From contig NC_087437.1 in assembly GCF_036321535.1 (NCBI RefSeq), forward strand, positions 6,324,001-6,388,000: DNA of 64,000 nucleotides, written 5' to 3'. The position numbers and the translations under genes are program-made. Of the stretch, positions 25,571 to 37,820 are shown piece after piece. The DNA is from Camelus dromedarius. Taxonomy: Eukaryota. The notes below the pieces were generated by a model that was not told where the DNA came from, did no database searches, and was given only the letters and a program-made list of their open reading frames with translations. Position 1 is the stretch's first letter. Each line of letters begins with the position of its first letter.

Positions 25571-28500
25571 GGGCACTTTACGACAAAAGAGAGGCCCCTA
25601 ACTTGTAAGTATCCAAAAGCTTTCTTTCAAACTGCTTTTCACAGGTCTAATTCTCCCAAACGAAAACAAGCTTTCATTCATTTATAAAAATAGAAACTGT
25701 GTACAATAAAAAGAAGACACTAAAATCATTATCATCTGCTACCAATTATTTTTCTTTAGAAATGGCAGTTTCCAGCAGATAGCCATAAAAGTACATGCAT
25801 TTATACAAAATCACTTTTTAATCTAAATCCCCATTCTATTTCTATTTCCAAATGCCCACACCAATGACACAAAAACGCCTTGACATCTATGGTGCTCAGG
25901 AATTGTCTCCACTTTTAGTGATTACAAGGCTGCAAATAGAAACTGTTATCGCCATGCCTCCACCCAAAAAAGACATATAAAGCCAGCATCTTTCTCAATG
26001 ATTTACTGAAAGCAGCAGCTCATTTTAATAAAACCGTCCCAAAACATAAAATTGATTGAGCCAACTGCTGTGGTGGGCATACACAACAGCTGATCAAAAT
26101 CATTCAAGATTTTTATTCTTACAGATTTTCTTTCAGGCTTTGAGAATTTTTCCCATCCTGTATTTTTCTTTTGCTATTGAAATCACTGCATTAGAGAAAA
26201 AAGGACCTTTAAAATCTATGGAATAAAGTTTTAAACTACAAAGTCAGTCAGTTCAAGAAAATAATAAACCAAATCATATACAACTTAATGCACATACTAA
26301 ACCTAATAACCACCTTTCTAGAACGTGTTTTGGGTAACAAAAATTAAGAGTTTAAACTGAGTCACCTCTTGCATTGTCAAAAACTGTGTGGCTTTTCCTA
26401 GGTTATAGAACTGCCACTTAGCAAGTGTTACAACATCACACAGGGTGCATTACTCTAGCTCCTTACAAAGGAAAACTTAGTACCATTAGAAATGTTTCCC
26501 TTTGTAAGTGGATTTCTTGATATTAAACACTTTCAGATTTTATTTCATTAAAAGACAAAGACATTTATCCTTTCACTGCATGTTAAGTGATGCCTTTATT
26601 TGACTTTCCATAAGAAAGTAATTTTATAGTATTTTCGTCACAGTGAAGGACAAAGATAAGCCAACTGTTTAGATCCCTCTCCTTCATGTTGTGTCTTTGA
26701 TCACTAACAATGCTGCGTGAACAGCCAACAGAAGGCTGACATTTCATAAAATATGCAGTGATAAAAACTAATACTGTAGCATCTGGGAGCGATATATAAA
26801 ATGCAGAAATACACCTAATAACTGTGATCTTAAATTACAAGTTACTAAAAGCTAAATAAAAAGCATACCTAAGAATAAAGAAGTGGCAAGATTACAAAGG
26901 GTTTTTTTGTACTCCCATTTCTAAAAACAAAGTTTTCAAAATAATTTCAGTCTATAACACTTTTCCTGCTATTCTACACTTAAAAGCCAGCCACCTTCTA
27001 AGAACAGGGCTTCTGTCCTAAATACCTTTCAGCAATCAAATACATTACAAAATCTTCACTGAAAGGGAATGGAGAAAATGCAAAGGAAATTCCTTTTTCT
27101 TAGATACTTAAAAATGTCAGAACTGATGATAAAGCAGCTATATATCACTTTTAAGACATGATGCCAGAGACCATCACCAAAATAAGTTTAAAAAACTGTA
27201 ACAATCTAAACAAATCCACTCTTACGTCTGTACTTATACATCTTCTCACAATCTAAGCCTTAAATTTAAGTCCTTGGTGCATGACAGCAAAGTAAACTGT
27301 GCTCAAATATGTTTAAATAATTTTAACTTTACTACTAAACATTTGTTTTTTAATAGTGGGATGCAAGTAAGGCACTCAATAAAGACCATCCAAGAGCAAT
27401 GATGTGAATTATCTTCATAGCATTTAGTTTAATATTCCACCTACATCCATCAAAATCACAGTCCAGCAGAAGTGTTTTTATTGTGTTTTTTTTAATATAT
27501 ACGCTAAGGGGAAGCAAAAAAATAAAAGCTATATTCAGTACTTCAAGAACTCTGAATTATACTTCGACTAAAGAAAATACACAACAGTTAAGTATGTGGG
27601 AGGCAATTGTCCTTGTGCTTATAATTAGCATCTGAATTTAGGGGTTTCACTGCTTAATGCACACCCACCCGCCTGTTATTCTTACCAGGGCTTTTTATGT
27701 CACTTAATGGAGATAAATACTCTTTTCCCTCCTCATATTTACATCAACGCTACTTAATTTTTTTAAAGCTGTTATAATAGGTTAAACTGCAGTCTCAACA
27801 TCACTCTTCATCTCCCACTGGACAGAGAACGGCATTACAGGACTGAGACTAGAGAAGGCATATTTACATTCACAATGTTCCTAACTATAACATTTATGTA
27901 AATTATGATTTTACATTTGCAAATACAATAACTTTTCGTTTCACTGCATACTTTGCCATTCTTTCAACATTAACTTTCTATGGGTTATTACAATCTCAAA
28001 AAACCATACCTATGAAACAGATGATGCTATGCAAGCCATTGGAAGAAACACTTAAAGCTAAAATAATAATGTGTCTAATAATGTATTTAATTTTAATCTA
28101 ATCCTATTCTCCTACAAAAGAGAGCTTTAGTATATTAAATAAGAACTTTTAATAGGTTTGAGTTTAGGGAATCTTCCTTTAAAAACTATTTTCATTATCA
28201 TTTAGTTATTTCACATCAGTTTAGATATCATATAAGTGATATAAAAATTTACAATTGTTTTAATGTCAAAAATATGCGAATAATGCTTTTCATTATTTTG
28301 TCTATTGAATTTACCCAGACATAGAGAATATCAGTATTATGTACATTTAGAAGAAAATAATTGTTTTACCACTTGAAAACCTATGATTTCAAGAGTAATT
28401 TATCTTGAATCAAAATTTGTTTTTAAAGTAAGAAAAATTAAACATACCAATAAGAGCAGAGAAAAAAAGGAGGCAATTTTCTGGTTTTTCACTTGTCAAA

Positions 28501-28639
28501 AAAGTAACAAACCACATTCCTCAACTCCAATTAAACAGGTACCATTAAATTAGGTGTCGAATATTTATCTCTCCCTTCTAGAATGTAAAGTCCATGAATA
28601 CAGGCTCCATACCTCTTTTGTTTACCTCATTTAGCAATT

Positions 28640-30430
28640 AATATTTGTGGAAATAATGCAGAGCAAATAGCAATTTATCATTTGAGATTTGTAATGAACA
28701 ATACTTAGTCCATAAGAGAGATATAAAGAAATATAACATGGTTCCTGATTTCACGACACTTAAAATCCTGTTAGCAATACAGAACCTAAACCCAACTAAA
28801 AACAAGTAATAGTGCAAAACACTATTATGTAGAATGTGCCGCAGGAGAGGCAACAAATGGAAACAGGAGTTCAGAGAAGGGTGAGATCACAGGAGACCAC
28901 ACTGTTCAGGAAGGTTTCACAAGTGTGCAGGACATGAGCTGCAAGTTAGGAAAAACGCATGTCAGCTTTAGATGAGCATAAATAAAGTACGAGGGACTTC
29001 AAGGACAAAAAGGAGAAGAGATTAAAGAATACTGTGAAATAAGGAAGAACATGCAAATGTAGGAAAGTTCTCAGTATGCTGGGACCATCTTCACAGAAAT
29101 GGGACAATTTCCGTTACTCACTAATGGAAGATAAAGCTAAATGGTAAATTAGGACAACTTTATGGGAGAACCTTGAAAATCAGGCTAGATATTCCAAATT
29201 TCAATCTATAGACAAACGGGGCCATTAAAGGTTCCTAAACAGGAGAATGAGAGTAAAAGCAATGCTTTAGAAGGTTAGTCTGACAACAATACATGGGGTG
29301 GATTTCAAGACAGCAAGGATAGCAAATACTTCAGGTTCGAGGAGCAAAAACTTCTTAAGTATTCAGGAATACGGCTGTAGAGGAGTGGATGGGGCTGTTA
29401 TCAGTGTTTGTAACTGCTCAGCTGTATAATTATTTAAAGGGTTTTTCTCATGCTCTTCCTGACTTGGGTTGGACTAGAAATGAGGGAGGCTTGGGTGGTC
29501 CACCCAGCACCCCTGTGGTGCTGGTGCCGCATGCAGGGCTCTTGCCCTCAGTGCCCTGCTCCTGACCCCAGTACCATCATCCTTTTGACTCCTTGAGGTT
29601 TCCTTGTATCCTACTGCTTGAGCTGCAGGCCTTAGCCTGCTTAAAAGGCTAAAAGCATTTATCAAGTCTGACTTAAACTGCACACGTTTTCCTCTAGAGC
29701 TCTTTTCCACAGAGCCCCTTCCTATTCATCCTTTGTTCTAGGTACAAGAATATTAGGAGAGCTCTAAAGCCAGCCGTGAACTTCACACCCAGCAGAGGGA
29801 AGGGAACCCCTGCATCTGCAAAAATAACAACTTTGCAACAATTTGTTACCCTGTATACAATCTCTATAAAAACCAGTTCCACCCCTTGAACTCTTGAATT
29901 TTTACTATAAAAACACCTGCCTTCTCTCCCCATAAGGCTTATGGTCTTAGAGGCAGTAGCCCACTGTGACCTCCTGTGCCTGGCAAAGAAATACAGCTGC
30001 CTTTTCTACTTCATCCAAAACTCTGTTCTTGAGTCTCAATTTGGTAAGTGGGGTATGAAGGCCATGTTTCAGCAACAAGGCTGGCTTTTGAGGATGGTAA
30101 GGAACTGGTAGGAGCAAAAACGACTATGACTATTAGCTAATTAGATGTGACAGGTAAGGGAGACACAGGCAATGAATTCCTAGGTCTAAGATAAAGACCC
30201 TAAAGGATAATGGGAGAGAAGCTAAGAATGGCTGAACTTTACTGGGGGAAAAAAAAAGGTCAAAGGCAAAATGATGCTTTCAGTTCTAGACATTCACTGT
30301 GTTTCAAGACAGTAAGAAGCAGAGAGATGGAAATATGAAAATGAGCTCAAATGCAGAGTTACAGATGTTAGAGTGCTCTCTGAAGATGTAATAGTGCAAA
30401 TCTGGGAAAGGAAGAGTAAAGAGCAGAGAC
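28640..30430 (-). mobile_element. LINE-2, split by an ERV1 LTR
   Basis: Antisense L2 motifs on both sides of 29396-30077, e.g. 'ggggccattaaaggttcctaaacaggagaatga' and 'ttcagttctagacat'. Confidence 0.7.
29396..30077 (+). mobile_element. ERV1-class solo LTR, 682 bp
   Basis: TGTT...AACA termini, 4-bp flanks gggc/aggc (one mismatch), TATAAAAA at 29865 and 29906, eroded poly(A) signal AATACA at 29990, and a U5 end 'gtttcagcaaca'. Confidence 0.85.
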
Positions 30431-31059
30431 TGAAGATTATACCACACTTTTTAACAAATTCTATAAACATATCTGTGGAAATTAACTCAAATAAAATGAA
30501 ACGGAGTGACTGGCTGAACTAGATAGTTCAGTCCAGAAGGAATGACTCAAGAAAGAAGAACACTGCCCTCAGAGGGCACTCGCAGAAACCTTACCCAAGC
30601 AGGGTCAGATTGAGCACTGCAAGGAACAAGCATTTGTAAATATTCTGTTTTTCTTTTTGTTTTAGAGAGAGAAAATATTAGTATATAAACTTCGTATCTG
30701 AGGAAACCATAAAACTTTTAAATACATAACTTCCTGTTGCATTGTTTCACTAAAAGAAAAGGTCAGGACATCTTTCTTTTAAAATTTCCTAGTTCTAGAA
30801 TGCATGTAAATGCACATAAAAGACTAAGACAAACCATACTCATCTGTTCTTTATCCTTTATATAAGTTACATCCCTCCCCCAACTCTTCATATCTGTGTT
30901 ACTTCTTATTACTGTTTTCTGAGGTTTCAGTCAGTATCTATGTAAACTAGGTGTTCTATTTTGATATTCCCTAATTTCAACAAAATGTTCCAATAAGAAA
31001 AAACTATCTAACAGGTATTGTACATGTTTTTAAAAGGAACACACAACCCAACTGGAGGC

Positions 31060-31620
31060 TAACTTACGGGGCAGTTTACAGAACACACGAGTTCGCAAGG
31101 GAAGCAGAAACGAAGAAGAATGCCCAGTGCCCAGCGCAGCCACCCCGGGCCTGGGACAGAGAACAGCAGCCCAGACCTCAGATAAAGAGGCTCAGAACAC
31201 CAGACGCAAATGTCAGCGTATGATAAGGTTTTTAAAAGTTGTTTTCCAGAGTGCACTTTATCTGAAGAACCCTGAAAATAATTTAATTGTGACAAGATTG
31301 AGGGATTCCGACAGAAAGGGAAAAGCTTTCTGAGGTGTGATCTTCGCGCCAACACAGGAAGAGGAGACACTCATTCATCAGCGCCAGCACGCTGGCTCGG
31401 ATAAGTACATGAATGTGTGCACTCCACGTGGGTGTCACACTCCTCTAAAAGGTATTTAAGCTAATCAATAAGTCAGATATGTTCTTAAAAAATGCTAAGT
31501 GGTTGTTTATATGTGTGAGACTGCTGTATGGCATATTAATGTACTTTTCCTGTATGATAGTGAACTTGGTGATGATAAATACGTGCTGCGTCTGCCGCCT
31601 ACATGTTCACTGACAGCAAA
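31060..31620. promoter_or_regulatory. Candidate enhancer or alternative promoter: CpG-retaining patch with a GATA cluster
   Basis: WGATAA/TTATCW at 31180, 31221, 31258 and 31573, GGATAA at 31399, E-box CACGTG at 31425; visibly more CpG than the flanks. Confidence 0.4.
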
Positions 31621-32635
31621 TGGAGTGTAAAACTGGCATTGTAAACTGCAAAGAAAGGAATTAATTGTAGAGGCAGGTAGCACTGGTTTTATATCTCGTG
31701 CATTACTTACTAAATCAAAACTCTGATGGATTCACTATTACATTAAGGACTCAAGCACATATAAATTAGCAAGCATCAAATACCTACTTAGCTTATTAAA
31801 ATAAGATATAGGGTTAAAAATCATAAATTGGTCCTTCTTTAGATTGTCCAAGGAACAAATTAATCCATTTGAATACAAATTATATTGTGTGCTTTGGGAA
31901 AAATTCCAGACTACAAATTTAAGTTGAAGAGTAGACATAAATGGCAGTTGGTCTTTAGATACACATAAAATATGTAATTGTTTTCTTCAATTAATGTAGT
32001 TTCAATAAGTAAAATTTTTCAAAAATGTGAAACAAAAACATACAAGTAATTACTTTATTAAAAGGCACCTGTACTAGTAAAATTGTTTCTATAATATAAA
32101 ACCAGCCCCTCTGAAAAAAAAAAATCGGCAGCTATTTAAATGAATGCAATGCCCGGCTATCAGTCTTCAGTATAAAATAAAGTCTACAGATAGAGATGGG
32201 AAAACGCTTGCCTTAATCCCTCCTCTTCCCATGCAACAGTCTAAGGACAGTGTCAGCACAAGCAGCAGCACAAATTTAGATGCGACAACCTCAGGATTCA
32301 GCAATTACCTTGTCACCAAACACAGAGGAACATCAGAATGGCTGGCTTCCGAATAAAAGACTAAAAGAATGCTGTCCACCATCACACTATAAAACATGTG
32401 GCTTCTTTATCTGTAAATAATGGGCAAAAGAGAAATGACATACACTTCCTTCTTGCTGACTTCTAACAAGTGAGCCAGGAAAACTCTTCGTGACCTCTGC
32501 AAAAGTGTCAAAGGGAAGCAGGAGAGGAAATAGAAAAGAAAAGAACTGAAACACAAATTTAAAAGAGAGGGAGGAAGAAATCTGAGTTTCGGTTTTTATT
32601 TATATTTTAAATAATTCAACTGGCTACTCAGAAAC

Positions 32636-33333
32636 TAGATGACCATATAATTTAGTGGCCAAACTGGGATATTCCTAAGAGTGAGAAGGGGCTGTGGAAG
32701 GCAGAATAATGCACCCACTCCCGCAAAGATGCCCATGTCTTAATCCCTAGAACCTGTGAATATGTTACCTGACACAGCAAAAGGGACTCTGAAGATGTGA
32801 TTACAGTTACGGACCTTGAGCTAGGAGTCCCCTGGATTCTCCTAGTGAGTTGACGCTAATCATGTGAGTCAGAAAGAAAGATGCTCTGAGAAAAGAAGGA
32901 TGCATCAGACAGATGCAAATGAGAAGGATTCAAGCTGCTGTTGCTAGCTTGGAAACTGGAGAGGGGTGCCATGAGCCAAGATGCAGCTCCCAACGAAGCC
33001 AGAAAGGCCTCGTGGTTTATAGGCAACAACAAAAAGAGACCAAGGTCCTACAACCACAAGGAACTGAACTTTGCTCACAAACTGAAAGAACAGGTAGTAG
33101 ATTCTCTAATGTCTTGATTTTAGCCTGGTGAGATTTACATTAGACTTCTCACCTATACAACTATATAATTAAAAATTCTTGTTGTTTTAAAGCAATATAT
33201 TTGCGATAATTTGCCTAGGAACAAAAAAAAAAAAAAAAAAAAAAAGACTAATCCAAGGTGCTAAAAAAGAATTAAGGCAGGAGAGCAGGCATTCAGAGGA
33301 CTGCCTCACCAAATCGGGCTTACGATCACCCTA
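32636..33333. mobile_element. hAT-Blackjack MITE (MER94-like) split by an MLT1 LTR
   Basis: Ends 'tagatgaccatataattt' and 'tacgatcacccta'; flanks ctcagaaac/ctcagaac approximate an 8-bp hAT TSD. Confidence 0.75.
32693..33255 (+). mobile_element. MaLR solo LTR (MLT1D/E-like)
   Basis: 'tgtggaaggcagaataatg...aaagatgcccatgtcttaatccctagaacctgtgaatatgttacc...gactaatcca'; an internal A-tract expansion sits near the 3' end. Confidence 0.9.
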
Positions 33334-34282
33334 CTCAGAACTTGCACCCACACGCACAATGCACTAGTACATGTTTCTGAAGAGAGTAATTTTACCCAAT
33401 ACAGAGTTCAAGCTTTTTACCTTAACAGTGGAAAACTGTAATCCAAATCATTTTTAGCTAACATGTGTTGACTAATTTCCAGGAAAGAATTAAACCCCAC
33501 AAGAAGGAGCAAATGTTCATCAGGCACCTTTTCCCCCCATAACAATTAAGGCTTCATTTCAAGTATCAATATATACTTTCTTTCATTCTGTATTATATCA
33601 TATCCCTACTTTCCTATTTTCTAATGAAATCTTTCACCATCTCTGGTAACAATCCAAAAGCAAATAAAACAGGGAAAGGTATGACATGCGTTTCTGAAAA
33701 GCCCCTTTCCTGTGCATGTTAGAAACGACTCACTCTAATTTAGGCAGAGAAGGCCAGAGATATGTTTCAATAGAAGAGGTAAATGTTCTATGTAGGCTGA
33801 ATCTTAGGCTCTCCTTTAAGATGGAAAAAGCAATGCTCTTAAGAAAACAGAGCTAGGGGTCTGGATGAAGCAGCATTTTACCATTCAACACAAGTTACTC
33901 CTAAAGAGATTTGCATTCTGTTAAGCTTGAAAGACCATTTCTAGAATAATATACTAGAGAATACATTCATTCTAAAATTCTAAAACTGAATATAAATGTT
34001 TCTTTGAATTCAATGTAATTCTCACTAAATTTAATTTAAAATTAAATATAAAATTATTAGACATTGAATATATCTCCCCAATAACACATTTTTAAGCAAT
34101 ATTTTCTCTTTCGTACTTAGTATAAGCATGACTAATTTCTATTCCCAAGATTAGTTAACAACAAAAAAAACTGTCAACTACACTTTTCTCTTTTTAAATC
34201 TGCTGAGGTCCTCTGGTATGTAGCACAGAGCCTGGCTCTTATTAGGAACTCAATAATCACTGAACGAGTCAGCCTTCTTAAC

Positions 34283-34668
34283 TGTGATGGTTAATTTCTG
34301 TATCAACCTGGCTAGGCCACAGTATCCAGGTATTTGGTTAAACCTTTCTCGAGATGTTTCTGTGAAGGTATTTTTTAGATGAGATTAACATCTAAATCAA
34401 TAGACTGAATAAAACAGATTACAGGATTTACTGGGGGTGGGCCTCACCAAACTGGTTAGAGGCCTTAATTTAAAAAGGTCTGATCTCCCCTGAAGAACAG
34501 GGAATTCTGCCAGCAGTCTAGTCTGCCTTTGGAACTGCCTTTGAACTGCAACATCAGCTCTGGCCTGTTGGCCTAACCTGCAGATTTTGGACTTGTCAGC
34601 CTCCATAACCACTCCATTGTGAGTCAGTTCCTTAAAATCTCTCTCACTCTCTCTCTCTCGATCTTTCT

Positions 34669-34712
<44 letters not shown>

Positions 34713-34748
34713 CTTATTAGTCATGTTTCTCTGGGAAAACCCAATACA
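34283..34748 (+). mobile_element. ERVL solo LTR (MLT2B-like) with an internal (CT)n(CA)n microsatellite
   Basis: 'tgtgatggttaatt...tcaacctggctaggccacagta...ttttagatgagattaacat...gtttctctgg...aataca'. Confidence 0.92.
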
Positions 34749-35009
34749 TCAGTCTTATCAATGAACTGGAGTTAGATCACAAGACATAGCCTATTCCCTC
34801 TCCTTAACCAAGCATAACCTTTTCAGTGTAAATTTATGGAAGAGTTGTCCAAAAAAGAACTGCAATGATACCTAAAGAACGTTTTCTAACAGCATATCTC
34901 AGAAAAAGGGTGAGTTTTGGGGGAAGGATCAATCTTGTGCTAAATTCAAGTGTGTTTAAGTACACTTACTCAAGTGCTTGCACACTTACCAATCTAAGAT
35001 AGTAAGTCA

Positions 35010-35549
35010 CTAAATGTCCATTGACAGATGACTGGATAAAGAAGTTGTGGCATATTTATATAATGGGATACTATTCAGCCATAAAAAAGAATAAAATAAT
35101 GCCATTTGTAGCAACATGGATGGACCCAGAGATTGTCATTCTAAGTGAAATGAGCCAGAAAGAGAAAGAAAAATACCATGCGATATCACTTATATGTGGA
35201 ATCTAAAAAAAAGACAAACAAACTTAATTTGCAAAACAGAAACAGATTCTCAGACACAGAGGACAAACTTGTGATCACCAGTGGGGGAAGAGGGTGGGAA
35301 GGGTTAAACTGGGAGTTCAAGATTTGCAGATATTAACTCCTATATATAAAACAGATAAACAAGTTTGTGCTGTATAGCACAGGGAACTATATTTGATATC
35401 TTGTAGTAACTTATGGTGAAAAAGAATATGAAAATGAATATATGTATGTTCATATATGACTGAAGCACTGTGCTATACACCAGAAATTGACACAACATTG
35501 TAAACTGACTGTACTTCAATAAAAATAAATATATACCAAAAAACAAAAA
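35010..35549 (+). mobile_element. Young lineage-specific L1 3' end, 540 bp
   Basis: ORF2 C-terminus (..DWIKKLWHIYIMGYYSAIKKNKIMPFVATWMDPEIVILSE..), 3'UTR and A-tail; perfect 14-bp TSD aagatagtaagtca at 34996-35009 and 35550-35563. Confidence 0.96.
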
Positions 35550-36354
35550 AAGATAGTAAGTCAGCTCTCTTAAGCTTAGGCTACATCAAATCCTAGACAT
35601 GCAGGAAAAAGGTACAGAACTATTAGTATTCATCCCAAACTGTCTATTCCAGCAACAGCAGATAGGTTTTCATCCCTGGAAACTCTGGTTGACCAGTAAT
35701 GGCTCCCTAAAGCTAAGAACATTCTGAAACCGCCTTGTGGTTAAGCCAGAAAGTACACCACGAGTGGAGGTCTGCAACAAGCAAAGGAAAGGGGGTGCAC
35801 GGAGGCTGCACGTTCACCATCCCTGCTTCAGCCAATTCTGCACTCTGCTGAGAGCAAGGTTACACAACTGGCCCTCTTTCTTCTTGACCATGGTGAGGTA
35901 GCAATTAGATATAAAGCTCCTTCTATGTGAGATTCTGTTAAAGAAATAAAATAGGTCCACTAGGCACAGGACAGTCTGCTAAAGTACAAAAATTCACGAA
36001 CAGTCCCTGCCTAAAAGACTGGAGACACAATCCCACACCCACACTTCACCATTCCTATGCTTTCATCCATTTACTTAAGTTGACAATTATTAAAACTTAG
36101 AAGTATGTAAATGAAATTACTCATACATGGAGGGAATGTTTAAAAAAAACCCATCTGCAAAGACAGTTAAGGTCTTATTACTAAAGTATTCTTGAGAGGG
36201 TTATTACTTTTGAGGGTATCAGGGATTGTAACAATTTACCAATTACTTTTTTAAAAGGCCAAATCAATACCCTCAAGCCAAGAGAATCCCATGATACCAT
36301 TAAAAATTATTCACGAAATATGTACAAACTACATTCTGAGTAGATGGTAGCCAT

Positions 36355-36590
36355 GCAGTACACACAGTAGTTGAGAGCATGACTTTCAGAGCCCAAAAGC
36401 CTGAGTTTGCACTCTGGCTATTGTGTTTTAGGAAAAGTTACTTCAGTCTCCGAGCCTCAGCAACTTCATCTGTAAAGTGGGGATCTAACTCTTAAAGTAG
36501 TTGGGAGGATTAAATGAGAGATCTGCATCAAGTGCTTAGAACTACCAGTGTCTGGCACTTAGTAAGTGCTCGTTCAATGTTATTTGCTAC
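36355..36590 (+). mobile_element. MIR SINE, near full length
   Basis: 'gttgagagcatgactttcagagcc...cctcag..cttcatctgtaaagtgggg...gaggattaaatgag...ctggcacttagtaagtgctc'. Confidence 0.88.
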
Positions 36591-37349
36591 CTACTCTCCT
36601 CGTCTTCTTCCTCCTCCCCCTTCCTCTTCCTCCTCCTCCCCTTACTACTAACCCTTCTGTATTCTTTTCTTTCCAATGTAATAAGGCCACCTTTGCAACA
36701 TTTCTTGGCATCTGCTTCCCAGAGCATTTTTTTTTCCTTACACAGTTTGCTGGAATATTTTATTTGTGGCTGGCTCTGACTTTATGTTAATTGTGCTTTT
36801 TGTTTCCTGCAAAAATGCAGTGCCTTACTATTGCTGTATTTAGAATTGTAAATTTCAAAATCTATAAATAAAAAGTTAAAATAAATAATTTTACAGGAAG
36901 CTAGTCCTGATTATAAATGCAGACTAATGACTTTTTCCCCCACAAAAAAATAAAAAGAAATGATTTGAAATGGCCCAAAATCTGATGCTTGCGAACAGTA
37001 TTACATAGTATTACTTTTTTTTATTGGTTCAAAATCAGATATTATTAATCATTAAGTAAGATCTCAATGAGTTAGTTTGTACAGATTTGGGGTTTGTGAT
37101 ATAAACTTCATCAATTCGGTTAACCGTGTTTTAACATTTAAATATTTTTTATATTTGTTTTTTCACAACTACAACTCACAACACCCTTTCACAGGCATAT
37201 TTTCATCAAAAAATCAGAGCCGACAGAGCTTGACCATCGTGTTCCAAGCACAGTGCTCGACGGGTCTCCAGGAGGCGCTGTTCACAGATCTGAAGTGGAG
37301 TCAGGCAACCTGCCCTGGCACTTCGGTATTATCATACATACATGACCAT

Positions 37350-37500
37350 GTTTAGTTGATGTAATCCTCACAAACCACATAATGTAGAGTTATTCTTAAC
37401 ATCAATATTTTATAGATGAGGAAAAAAGATTCAGAAAGACAAACTGACTTGTTTAAAATCCCAGGGAGAGTAGGAGGCAGAGTTAGAACCAAACCCCCAT
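37350..37500 (-). mobile_element. MIR SINE
   Basis: 'aatcctcacaaacc...attttatagatgaggaaa'. Confidence 0.7.
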
Positions 37501-37820
37501 CAACTTCCCAATCCACCCCAAGTTTTAAACTGAATGAATGTATCTTATAACATTAAAATTATGTATTTTCAATATAAAGCCTACATTCCTCATAAAAAAT
37601 AAATTAAAATTACAAATACTTTCTTCCACCTACTATTAATGGTTCCTTTAGACACTATAACGTGCAAAAGAATAAATGAGACTTTAGGCAATTTGTTTCC
37701 TACAGACATCCTGTAGTACTTAAACACAGAAAAAAATTAGCCTTCCCTTCTGCCTGCAGCCAACTGCATGCACATGGTTACTTCTCCAGAGTTCAGAGTA
37801 CGCAAACCAAATCTACTTTT

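Noticed and set aside
27686..27817. Possible 132-bp minus-strand exon (ttctctgtccag ... CTG|gtaaga)
   Set aside because: Stops in all frames, an AT-rich intron-like body and only moderate splice sites; too weak to call.
32913..34612. ORFs within the MLT1 and MLT2 LTRs (also 43100-43363)
   Set aside because: Incidental frames in non-coding LTR sequence.
35021..35546. ORFs of 61 and 68 aa
   Set aside because: L1 ORF2 C-terminus and antisense L1 3'UTR.
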